Shown: positions 21,632 through 31,922 of the stretch, in pieces
Numbering within the stretch: the stretch's first letter is position 1
Layout of the letters: each line of letters opens with the position of its first letter
Origin: Macrostomum lignano
Lineage: Eukaryota
Assembly (NCBI GenBank): GCA_002269645.1
Contig: NIVC01004735.1
Coordinates: 1 to 36,607, forward strand
Length of the DNA stretch: 36,607 nucleotides
Direction: 5' to 3'
Position numbers and translations under genes: made by a program
Notes under the pieces: generated by a model
The model's database searches: none
Told to the model about the DNA's origin: nothing
The model's input: the letters and a program-made list of their open reading frames with translations, nothing else

Positions 21632-21992
21632 CATAGTTTGAAAATTGTGTCCATTGTGTCTATAGTGGAAATGAATCTCGAAGAAGCCGCACATCTAAAC
21701 CTCCAGGGAAATTCAAACGATTCGGCGGGATAGTGTTTTCCTACATGTACTTTAGTTTTCCATCCTTTCACTCACCGTCTGGTTAATCTGGTTTAGTAAA
21801 ATTGGCTGGCTCTTGCAGCGCCTTTCAAATACAATCGAATCACAATTTTTCAATTAATTTTTTCAAGAGCATATGAATTCGATAAGTGTGCTTGCGTTCA
21901 ACAAAACACCCCCCTTCCCTCTGCAATTTAGTATGCAAATTTGTTTAACAATTATAAGATAAGTTGTGACAGATTTCTGTTAGTACTACCTG

Positions 21993-22629
21993 ATTAACCC
22001 GCACCCCATTCTGCTCAGTTATCGATTTTCTACTCGTACCCAACCTCCATTAACATCCACCCCACTCCGCTCAGTTATCGATTTTCTACTCGTACCCAAC
22101 CTCCATTAACACCCACCCCATTCCGCTCAGTGATCGATTTTCTACTCGTTCCCAACCTCCATTAACACCCACCCCACTCCGCTCAGTTATCGATTTTCTA
22201 CTCGTTCCCAACCTCCATTAACACCCACCCCACTCCGCTCAGTTATCGATTTTCTACTCGTACCCAACCTCCATTGACACCTACCCAATTCCGCTCAGTT
22301 ATCGATTTTCTACTCGTTCCCAACCTCCATAAACACCCACCCCATTCCGCTCAGTTATCGATTTTCTACTCGTTCCCAACCTCCATTAACACCCACCCCA
22401 CTCCGCTCAGTTATCGATTTTCTACTCCTACCCAACCTCTCTTAACATCCACCCCACTCCGCTCAGTTATCGATTTTCTACTCGTACCCAACCTTCATTA
22501 ACACCCACCCCACTCCGCTCAGTTATCGATTTTCTACTCGTTCCCAACCTCCATTAACACCCACCCCACTCCGCTCAGTTATCGATTTTCTACTCGTACC
22601 CAACCTTCATTAACACCCACCCCACTCCG
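21993..22629. repeat. 56-bp minisatellite, about 11 units
   Basis: Unit CCCCACTCCGCTCAGTTATCGATTTTCTACTCGTTCCCAACCTCCATTAACACCCA; ATCGATTT recurs at 22021, 22077 and 22133. Confidence 0.95.
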
Positions 22630-22743
22630 TGGAGTTATTGATTCAATATTTGTACTCGTAAGCACTCTTCATTTGCATATATCTTTTTTATTATTAATTA
22701 ATAATATTATAAATTTACAATAGATTGAATCATTTATTAGGCG

Positions 22744-25700
22744 TTATGGATTTCGGTTTCGCTGGTCTCTGGGCTGCTTCTGATCAGCAAAGCGAACCCG
22801 ACGCTGCTGGGCATCGCTGTCTGCCTTCTGCGATGCCGTGGAGGAGTCTGGTGACGCTGTGGGAGACGACGGAGCGACAAAATGCTCGATCACCATGGGA
22901 ACAGTCATGATGATGCACAGCACCTGCGGATGGGGTATCGGCTTTTGTAGATTTTAATATCCTACCAGTGTCTTTTCATCACTTTCATAGCCTACCTGTA
23001 AGACGATAAGCACTATGTACTGAACTACCATCAGGGGTTTGAGTATTTGTGGCAGCTGCAGAATGTCCATACAGTTCTGGAATAAAATATCAATATTGGA
23101 TAGCGGAACTGATGACGAGCCTGAAGAGCATTGCTGGGGGAATCAGGAGAATCTTGCTGGGGGAATCAGGCGAATCTTTCTGGGGAATCTGGAGAATCAT
23201 GCTGGGGAATCTGGAGAATAATGCTGGGGAATCTGGAGAATCATGCTGGGGAATCTGAAGAATCATGTTGGGGGAATCTGGAGAATCATGCTGGGGAATC
23301 TGGAGAATCATGCTGGGGAATCAGGAGAATCTTGCTGGGGAATCTGGAGAATCTTGCTGGGGAATCTGGAGAATCTTGCTGGGGAATCTGAAGAATCATG
23401 TTGGGGGAATCTGGAGAATCATGCTGGGGAATCTGGAGAATCATGCTGGGGAATCAGGAGAATCTTGCTGGGGAATCTGGAGAATCTTGCTGGGGAATCT
23501 GGAGAATCTTGCTGGGGAATCTGGAGAATCTTGCTGGGGAATCTGGAGAATCTTGCTGGGGAATCTGGAGAATCTTGCTGGGGAATCTGGAGAATCATAC
23601 TGGGGAATCTGGAGAATCATGTTGGCGAATCTGGAGAATCATGTTGGGGAATCTGGAGAATCTTGCTGTGGAATCTGGAGAATCATGCTGGGGAATCTGG
23701 AGAATCATTCTGGGGAATCTGGAGAATCATGCTGGGAAATCTGGAGAATCATGCTGGGGAATCTGGAGAATCATGCTGGGGAATCTGGAGAATCATGCTG
23801 GGGAATCTGGAGAATCATGTTGGAAATCTAAAGAATCATGCTGGGGAATCTGGAGAATCAGGCTGGGGAATCTGGAGAATCATTCTGGGGAATCTGGAGA
23901 ATCATGCTGGGGAATCTAAAGAATCAGGCTGGGGAATCTGGAGAATCATACTGGGGAATCTGGAGAATCATGCTGGGGGAATCTGGAGAATCATGTTAGG
24001 GAATCTGGAGAGAGCTGGGAAATATTTTTCTAAAAAAGCCGATAAGGTTTTTGTCACCTTTGCAAAGATGTATCCCCGTTTTCGAGCTAACCTGCCGTCC
24101 CTGGCTCTGACGCACAAGTTGCGGTCAGACTTCTCAGCCAGTTGAGTACAGCAGGACAAGGGGTAAACAATTTTACGCATCAGATTTGTTGCTGAGGCGT
24201 TTAATTGAGCAGAGTTCGCCTCTCGCGTCCACGGAGTGTTGAAGAACACATTTTGGTCCGGGTCATCGCTCCAGCCGCAGCAGGAATGCTGCAATAAGAA
24301 ATGCTTGCTTGCGGGTGAATTGGACAGGAATGTCTGTAGTTAAAGGACAGGAATTTCTGTAGTTAAAGGACAGAAATGTCTGTAGTTAAAGGACAGAAAT
24401 GTCTGTAGTTAAAGGACAGGAATTTCTGTAGTTAAAGGACAGAAATGTCTGTAGTTAAAGGACAGAAATGTCTGTAGTTAAAGGATAGGAATGTCTGTAG
24501 TTAAAGGACAGGAATTTCTGTAGTTAAAGGACAGGAATTTCTGTAGTTAAAGGACAGAAATGTCTGTAGTTAAAGGACAGAAATGTCTGTAGTTAAAGGA
24601 TAGGAATTTCTGTAGTTAAAGGACAGGAATGTCTGTAGTTAAAGGACAGTAATTTTCGTAGTTAAAGGACAGGAATGTCTGTAGTTAAAGGACAGGGAAT
24701 GTCTGTAGTTAAAGGACAGTAATTTTCGTAGTTAAAGGACAGGGAATGTCTGTAGGCAATACGGTAATATCTGTACAGAATATTCACAAAATGTCATCCC
24801 AAGCAAGCTATTTACAGTAGGCATATTGGAGCGTTAAACTGTGCATCGAACTAAGCTTACATCCACTTGAAATGCATTTATTGATTGAGTAATGGAAATG
24901 CTTTCGTTGCTGCTTGAGTTGCCATAGTGACTCTCGATTGTTTTCTTGATTTGCGCCGCCGAAATCAGATGGTTGCCGGCCGGTACGCTGTTGACAAATA
25001 ATAGAATCACCGACACCAGGCAGAGAGTGAGGGAGCCAACCAAGGACACTGCGTACTGATCTCACGATGGGTGCGGTGTAGGGGGTGAGGTCAGGGTGAG
25101 GTTGTATCGCTTATCTCACTCAGAATTGACTCTAATCTCACCATAGACAGACTCTAATCTAACCCTAGAGTGACTCTAATCTTTTTTCCTCCTAGTATAT
25201 TTTTTCAAATTTGATTTCTGAATTGACTCTAATATTCAACCACACTGATTCTAATCCTCACCCTAGAATGACTCCAATCTCTCTCTAGACTGACAATAAA
25301 TCTCACCCTTAGACCTAAAATAATTCTAATCTCGACTTAGATCTAGAATAACTTAAATCTCATCCTAGACTGACGCTAATCTCACCTTAGACCTAGAATT
25401 ATTCTAATCTCATCTTAAATCTAGAATGATTCTAATCTTACCTTAGCTCTAGAATGACTCTAATCTCACCATAGATCTAGCTAGAATGACTCTAATCTCA
25501 CCCTAGAACTAGCTAGAAGGACTCTAATCTCACCCTAGACCTAGCTAGAATGACTCTAATCTTACCCTAGAACTAGCTAGAATGACTCTAATCTCACCCT
25601 AGACCTAGCTAGAATGACTCTAATCTTACCCTAGAACTAGCTAGAAGGACTCTAATCTCACCCTAGACCTAGCTAGAATGACTCTAATCTCACCCTAGAC

Positions 25701-27200
25701 CTAGCTAGAATGATTCTAATCTTACCCTAGAACTAGCTAGAATGACTGTAATCTCACCCTAGACCTAGCTAGAATGACTCTAATCTTACCCTAGAACTAG
25801 CTAGAATGACTCTAATCTCACCCTAGACCTAGCTAGAATGACTCTAATCTAGACTGATTGCATTTTCACTGCACTGTGAAGTCTCACCGCCAGTGTCACG
25901 AACCGCAGCTTCAGTGCGGTGGTGATGAAGCCAAACAGCCCGACCAGAACGCTGCAGGCTCCCGACACAGCAAAATGGATACTGCTTGCGCTGCTGCTGG
26001 CGACACTGGACTTGCCGTCGCTGTGGGTTTGAGAAGTTTGAAGGTAACTGTTGCTTTGTTTGCTGCTGATTTGTTTATGATTGGCTCTAATCTCACCCTA
26101 GATTAACTCCAATCTCATTCTATATATAGTAGCTTTAATCTCACTCACTCACATTTTCAGACACAAGCGAGACAACTTACAGACACATGGGAGACAATTT
26201 ACAGACACAAGGGAGACAATTTACAGACACAAAGGAGACAATTTACAGACACATAAGAAACGATTTACAGACACAAAGGAGACAATTTACAGACACATGG
26301 GAGACAATTTACAGACACAGAAGAGACAATTTACAGACACAAAGGAGACAATTTACAGACACAGAAGAGACAATTTACAGACACAAAGGAGACAATTTAC
26401 AGACACAAAGGAGACAATTTACAGACACAAAGGAGACAATTTACAGACACATAAGAAACGATTTACAGACACAAAGGAGACAATTTACAGACACATGGGA
26501 GACAATTTACAGACACAAGGGAGACAATTTACAGACCCAGAAGAGACAATTTACAGACACAAAGGAGACAATTTACAGACACATGGGAGACAATTTACAG
26601 ACACAAGGGAGACAATTTACAGACACAGAAGAGTCAATTTACAGACACAAAGGAGACAATTTACAGACACAAGGGAGACAATTTACAGACACAGAAGAGA
26701 CAATTTACAGACACAAAGGAGACAATTTACAGACACAAGGGAGACAATTTACAGACACAGAAGAGTCAATTTACAGACACAAAGGAGACAATTTACAGAC
26801 ACAAGGGAGACAATTTACAGACACAGAAGAGACAATTTACAGACACAAAGGAGACAATTTACAGACACAAGGGAGACAATTTACAGACACAGAAGAGACA
26901 ATTTACAGACACAAAGGAGACAATTTACAGACACAAAGGAGACAATTTACAGACACAAGGGAGACAATTTACAGACACAAGGGAGAGAATTTACAGACGC
27001 AAAGGAGACAATCTAATTATCATATTTAAAAAAGTACCTCACCTAATTTTACTGACAATCCAATTAGGCGCATTTTCGCCGTTGTGACTGTGAGAGAAGA
27101 GGTCGATCGCATACATGCCGTAGCCGAACATCCCCACGCCGAGGAGAATGAAAGTGAAGTTAACACAAAAATTACCTCCATTGTACATCGAGAATGACAT
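22744..27200 (-). CDS. Tetraspanin A, complete, 6 exons: 27200-27043, about 26047-25888, 25055-24861, 24288-24058, 23076-22996, 22923-22744 (about 334 aa)
   Basis: TM1 VNFTFILLGVGMFGYGMY; TM2 FAVSGACSVLVGLFGFITT; TM3 YAVSLVGSLTLCLVSVILLFV; large loop IKKTIESHYGN...INAFQVD|HSCCGW...YPLSCC...LCV...YIFAK|NCMD; TM4 LMVVQYIVLIVLQ|VLCIIMTV. All junctions are GT-AG with matching phases (2,0,0,0,0). The exon 2 acceptor and the start ATG (27200 vs 27188) are uncertain. Confidence 0.88.
23132..24008. repeat. 22-bp minisatellite CTGGGGAATCTGGAGAATC(A/T)TG, about 40 units, filling tetraspanin A intron 4
   Basis: Direct tandem units within intron 23077-24057. Confidence 0.95.
24322..24754. repeat. 23-bp minisatellite TTAAAGGACAG(A/G)AAT(G/T)TCTGTAG, about 19 units, filling tetraspanin A intron 3
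   Basis: Direct tandem units within intron 24289-24860. Confidence 0.95.
25122..25855. repeat. 32-bp minisatellite CTAGAATGACTCTAATCTCACCCTAGACCTAG (core 25449-25850, degenerate units of about 28 bp to the left), tetraspanin A intron 2
   Basis: AGAA(T/G)G recurs at a 32-bp spacing in the core. Confidence 0.92.
26158..27011. repeat. 22-bp minisatellite GGAGACAATTTACAGACACAAA, about 39 units, filling tetraspanin A intron 1
   Basis: Direct tandem units within intron 26048-27042. Confidence 0.95.
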
Positions 27201-27611
27201 ACTTTGCTATGACTAAATTTTACATGTAGTGTGTAGTGTAAGTCTCCCAAAATTTGTCACATAAGAGCTATTGTTTAACCAAAATACCTCAATGGAGTGT
27301 TCAGTAGCCGCTCGAATGTCTATGGCTAAGAGTGCGCTCTGCATTTAATTTCTTATGATGATTTTGCAAAGCACTTCAGAATCCTGTTCAAATATTTAAT
27401 GTATTATGATGTATGATGATTTCTGGCTAAATTATAGGGAGGTCTATGGGATTCATAGTTAAAGCAAATCATTAGCTGAAAAGTTATATATTAAAGTACA
27501 AAGTTAAATTTGTCATAAAATGTAAACAAGATGTGGCTGCTAAAAATATCGAGACATTAAATTTTAGTTACGGGCTGGGCGGCACTTCTCTCACTTCAAC
27601 TGATTAAGACA

Positions 27612-27668
<57 letters not shown>

Positions 27669-27671
27669 GTC

Positions 27672-27758
<87 letters not shown>

Positions 27759-27771
27759 TCGACAGACAGAA

Positions 27772-27820
<49 letters not shown>

Positions 27821-27823
27821 GTC

Positions 27824-27902
<79 letters not shown>

Positions 27903-27915
27903 TCGACAGACAGAA

Positions 27916-28014
<99 letters not shown>

Positions 28015-28035
28015 TAGACAGACAGATAGACAGGC

Positions 28036-28068
<33 letters not shown>

Positions 28069-28069
28069 A

Positions 28070-28114
<45 letters not shown>

Positions 28115-28117
28115 GGC

Positions 28118-28178
<61 letters not shown>

Positions 28179-28242
28179 CAGATAGACAGACAGACAGACA
28201 GAGAGACAGCAGACAGACAGACAGACAGATAGACAGACAGAT

Positions 28243-28284
<42 letters not shown>

Positions 28285-28320
28285 CAGACAGACAGACAGA
28301 CAGACAGATAGACAGACAGC

Positions 28321-28413
<93 letters not shown>
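27612..28413. repeat. (GACA)n microsatellite, about 800 bp
   Basis: About 200 tetranucleotide units with sporadic GATA, GAAA, GGCA and GATC interruptions. Confidence 0.97.
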
Positions 28414-28439
28414 CTAAGACATCTCCGCAATCTAGATGG

Positions 28440-28630
28440 CAGCTAGTCCATAATTTGGAAAAGCTTAATTGGTTTGCTGTCCCATGCAGCTTTTGCACTC
28501 CAGGTGGGTCCTGCTGAATAGCAGATTTCTTCAACCAATGCTCCCTAACTCTGGTGTGGAGTGTCTTTTGGTTTTTCCCACGTATGAGACAAAAGGTTGT
28601 TGTCCTGCGATTCAAACCCATGAGGACGAG
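28440..28630 (-). mobile_element. Decayed Penelope-like retroelement GIY-YIG endonuclease fragment
   Basis: Minus strand reads S-YVGKTKRH (28587-28561), then a 1-bp frameshift, then LHTRVREHWLKKSAIQQ, then HLECKSC in another frame. This matches the PLE endonuclease pattern YIGxTxRxLxxRxxEH...SAIxxH. The upstream GIY/CxxC part is degenerate. Confidence 0.7.
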
Positions 28631-29899
28631 TGTACATACCAGACGGTTTTGCATCCATTTTTTGTTATCAGTATCCCTTTTTTGTATTCCGCAGCCAGTG
28701 GCCTAAGCCGCGGTTTTGTTATTGATGTTTTTCCATCGCCCTGCGCTGTGATTGGCTGCGGCTAGCCCAGCCGTGTTAGCGATTGGCTGGGCCTGGTGGC
28801 GGTTTCGGTACTGCCTTACCCCCCGGGCGGGTGGTTGGCTGGGGATTGGGTCGGTGGTGGGGGTGGGTTGGAGAGCGTGTGGCCCCCCTCCCCGCGGGCG
28901 TTGGCTCTTTTTTTAGCGGCGCTCGCTGGGCCCTTGGGTGGTGCTCTCAAATAAAGCCAAATAAATCAGCTTAGAAACGATCCACTTCACATCGGCCGGT
29001 CGGCAGTCTCTCTCGCGAACTCAGTAAGTGCGTTACTCATTTCGGTTGCCAAGGCGGGGGGGGGGGTGTAGAGTCCGTGTGTCCTGACTCCGACTCAGCT
29101 AGGTTGGAGGGGGACATCGGTACGGTACACACGTACATATTCTTTGACCGCCAGCCAGTGCGTCCTGACGCCTCGCTGAAGGCGGCCGGCATCACTGCGT
29201 CCCGACGCCCCAGACTTTTGCAAAGCTGCTCGGACTAGCGCCCGAACGCAGGCTAGCAAGTACCCGCACTATACAAAGTACTGTACTCTGTAGAACCCAC
29301 CGTGCTGCTAAGGCCGCGCTTCACGGCTTTGCGAGGACTTCGATTTGGTACCTCTGATCTCTTTCAAAGAGTCCAGACTGCATATCGTCTACCACAGGAG
29401 GAATCACCGAATCAGGTCTGGCTTGCAACTCAGCTCATCTGCGCGGGACGCCCTGAAGGTGCTCCCAGATGGCAGCTGCCTGCCCCTCCCGCCTGTTTCG
29501 CAACCGAGTTTGTCTATGGCAGAACCCCCCCCCCATTCAGCGCTAAACTATGAAATAAACCAAGGCAGGTTTCCGAATTTTCATTCAGTTGAGTGGCACC
29601 CTTTTTTACTGTTATTTGCAGTATTGAAAACTTTTATTTCTGTTCAGAAAATAAAATTGAGTAAAGCATAATAACAATTCTAAGAAAGGTGCGTGAAAAT
29701 AAGTTTTATCGCTCGTATGGTTAGACGAGATTGACAAAAATGACACTAATAATGCTTTTAGAGCAGCAAATGTTATTTATATAGTTGCAAACAAAAATAT
29801 TTACTGCGACCTTATACTTGTGTGTACTTTGTGCAGTCTCTTACAAACCTTAGTAGACATATTATTTATGGATATACGTATTTATTGATCGGACGCTCG

Positions 29900-31219
29900 T
29901 CACTCGGACGCTGATGAGCTGGGGTCCAGCAGCCACTTAACCATCAATGCGATGCAGAGCGACTGAAATTTATTTCGGTTGAAAATTTGCTAGCTAATGG
30001 TGTGAGTTATCAGCCATTGAAGTGAGGTGTAAGTCGCACCGACAGCAGTATACTTAAACAATATTTTCCCCTTACCTGCATAATGGCAGCAAACAGCATC
30101 TGGAAGATGGTCAGCCACATGTTTAGACTGGCAGAGCTATTCAGCTTGCTGAGGCAGTCCTGTAAAAATTTTGACAATTAAAATTGAAATTAAATTTGAT
30201 TGGCTGAGGCTGTAGGGTGGGTGTCTAGCATGAGCTGGCGAGCTTTGATTTGATTGGCTGAGGCTATCGGGGTAGGTCTAGCATAAACTGGTGTACTTTG
30301 ATTTGATTGGCTTAGCCTGGGGGGTGTGGGGTGGGTGTCTTGCATGATCTGGCGGGCTTTGATTTGATTGGCCGAGGCTGTGGGGAGGGTGTTTAGCTCT
30401 GGAACTATTCTAACTGAAATGCTTGTCTGACAGAGAACTGGTCACTGACATCTTCAAACACGTATTTCTTCTCTCGAGCCTCTTTGAGCGACTCCGACTC
30501 GCGACACTTCGGCCCGGCTACCAGACAGCAGGAATCGGGGAGGCGACGCTCTTTAAGAGTTTTGTTGCTGGGGTTCGCGTTGACTTTCTTGAACCACGGC
30601 GTCTTCAAAAACAGGTTATCAGACGGATCTCCGCTGAAGCCGCAGCACTGGGCCTGAAAAGTTTAGATGGCTTACGCTTGTTTAGCTTGGCCAATGACCC
30701 ACTTTGGAGTCTAGATGAGTGTGACCCAATGACCCACTTTAGAGTCTAAATGAGTGTGACCCAATGACCTCACTTTGGAGTCTAAATGAGTGTGACCCAA
30801 TGACCTCACTTTGGAGTCTAAATGAGTGTGACCCAATGACCTCATTTTAGAGTCTAAATGAGTGTGACCCAATGACCCACTTAGGATTCTAGATGAGTGT
30901 GACCCAATGACCCACTTAGGATTCTAAATGAGTGTGACCCAATGACCTCACTTTAGAGTCTGAATAATTGTGACCCAGCCCAGTGACCTACCTGAATACG
31001 GGTAGTTTTGAAACAACGTTATTCTCAAACCTTTTTCTGATGATTGTCAATATCCAAAGAGAACTCTTTGGCTAATTCGTCAGCGTTGTTACCATAGCGT
31101 TCGACAATCTGTCGTTTGATATTTTCCTTGGCGGTGACAGCGAATGACCTCGTGGAGGTGACGGTCACAACCAGGATTAGAAGGTCCATGACCACAGCTC
31201 CCGCCAGCATGATGATGAT
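29900..31219 (-). CDS. Tetraspanin B, 3' part only: exons 31219-31031, 30653-30450, 30159-30076, 29962-29900
   Basis: IIIMLAGAVVMDLLILVV (TM3)...IKRQIVERYGN...IDNHQKK|AQCCGFSGDPSDNLFLKTPW...LPDSCC...KC...YVFED|DCLSK...WLTIFQMLFAAIMQ|SLCIALMVKWLL...*. Intron positions and phase 0 are the same as in tetraspanin A; all junctions are GT-AG. Confidence 0.87.
30195..30398. repeat. Degenerate tandem repeat of about 53-61 bp (about 3.5 units, each with TTTGATTGGC) in a tetraspanin B intron
   Basis: Recurring TTTGATTTGATTGGCTGAGGCT...GTCTAGCAT..CTGG within intron 30160-30449. Confidence 0.8.
30691..30978. repeat. 35/36-bp minisatellite TGACCCAATGACC(T)CACTTT(G/A)GAGTCTAAATGAGTG, about 8 units, in a tetraspanin B intron
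   Basis: Direct tandem units within intron 30654-31030. Confidence 0.93.
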
Positions 31220-31236
31220 CTGCGGATGGCAAATGG

Positions 31237-31614
31237 GTGGATGTCCAAAGGGTGGATGTCTAAAGGGTGGATGTCTAAGAGGCGGATGTCCAAGGGGCGG
31301 ATGTCTTAGAGGCGGATGTCTAAGGGGCGGATGTCCAAGGGGCGGATGTCCAAGGGGCGGATGTCTTAGAGGCGGATGTCCAAGAGGCAGATGTCCAAGG
31401 GGCAAATGTCCAAGGGGCGGATGTCTTAGAGGCGGATGTCCAAGGGGCGGATGTCTAAGAGGCGGATGTCTAAGAGGCGGATGTCCAAGGGGCGGATGTC
31501 CAAGGGGCGGATGTCCAAGGGGCGGATGTCCAAGGGGCGGATGTCCAAGAGGCAGATGTCCAAGGGGCAAATGTCCAAGGGGCGGTTGTCTTAGAGGCGG
31601 ATGTCCAAGGGGCG
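31237..31614. repeat. 15-bp minisatellite CAAGGGGCGGATGTC, about 25 units
   Basis: Direct tandem units starting just upstream (minus-strand sense) of the tetraspanin B TM3-exon acceptor. Confidence 0.95.
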
Positions 31615-31922
31615 TTTGGATGACGCAGAATGTAGAAATGACACAATCGAATATATCCTCTAAATAACTAAAAATGACGCGCAAAAAATTACCGTTTCTA
31701 AAAAGGATATATTCTAAATATACGCCATAAAAAAATGACGAAACTTAAACCAATAAAACAACACAAGATTTTCCCTATCCCAACAAAAATAAAGCTAAAA
31801 TCAGATACACTACTTTAAGGAGAAAAACAAAGACACATATTAGACTTCAAGAGACAAAACTACAATCCTTCGAAAAACTATTTGAAGTTATAGTTATTCA
31901 AATAACTATGTAAATAACAATA

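Noticed and set aside
24086-24093. Alternative donor AG|GTTAGC in the tetraspanin A large-loop exon
   Set aside because: Phase 2 has no compatible downstream acceptor. The phase-0 donor at 24058 restores YIFAK|NC, matching YVFED|DC in paralog B.
23039-24145. GESGESCWGIWRI repeat ORFs
   Set aside because: 22-bp array inside tetraspanin A intron 4, on the opposite strand.
24834-25049. Apparent small secreted protein with a signal peptide
   Set aside because: The hydrophobic stretch is tetraspanin TM3; there is no in-frame ATG and the segment is bounded by splice sites.
26187-27029. 280-aa and 239-aa QFTDTKETIYRH repeat ORFs
   Set aside because: 22-bp array inside tetraspanin A intron 1.
27596-28430. 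(CLSV)n ORFs
   Set aside because: Translation of (GACA)n; only the part above about 28440 carries real (Penelope-like) signal.
29440-29530. Minus-strand RQTRLRNRREGQAAAIWEHLQ, loosely like a second GIY-YIG fragment
   Set aside because: Lacks the YIG motif and the EH pair; too degenerate to call without a profile search.
29880-29935. CTGATGAG followed by a GCTGG/CCAGC stem (hammerhead-like)
   Set aside because: No GAAA after the stem, and it is the antisense of a tetraspanin B coding exon.
31220-31684. GHPPL/GGCPR repeat ORFs of 219 and 183 aa
   Set aside because: 15-bp array; only 31219-31031 is a genuine tetraspanin exon.
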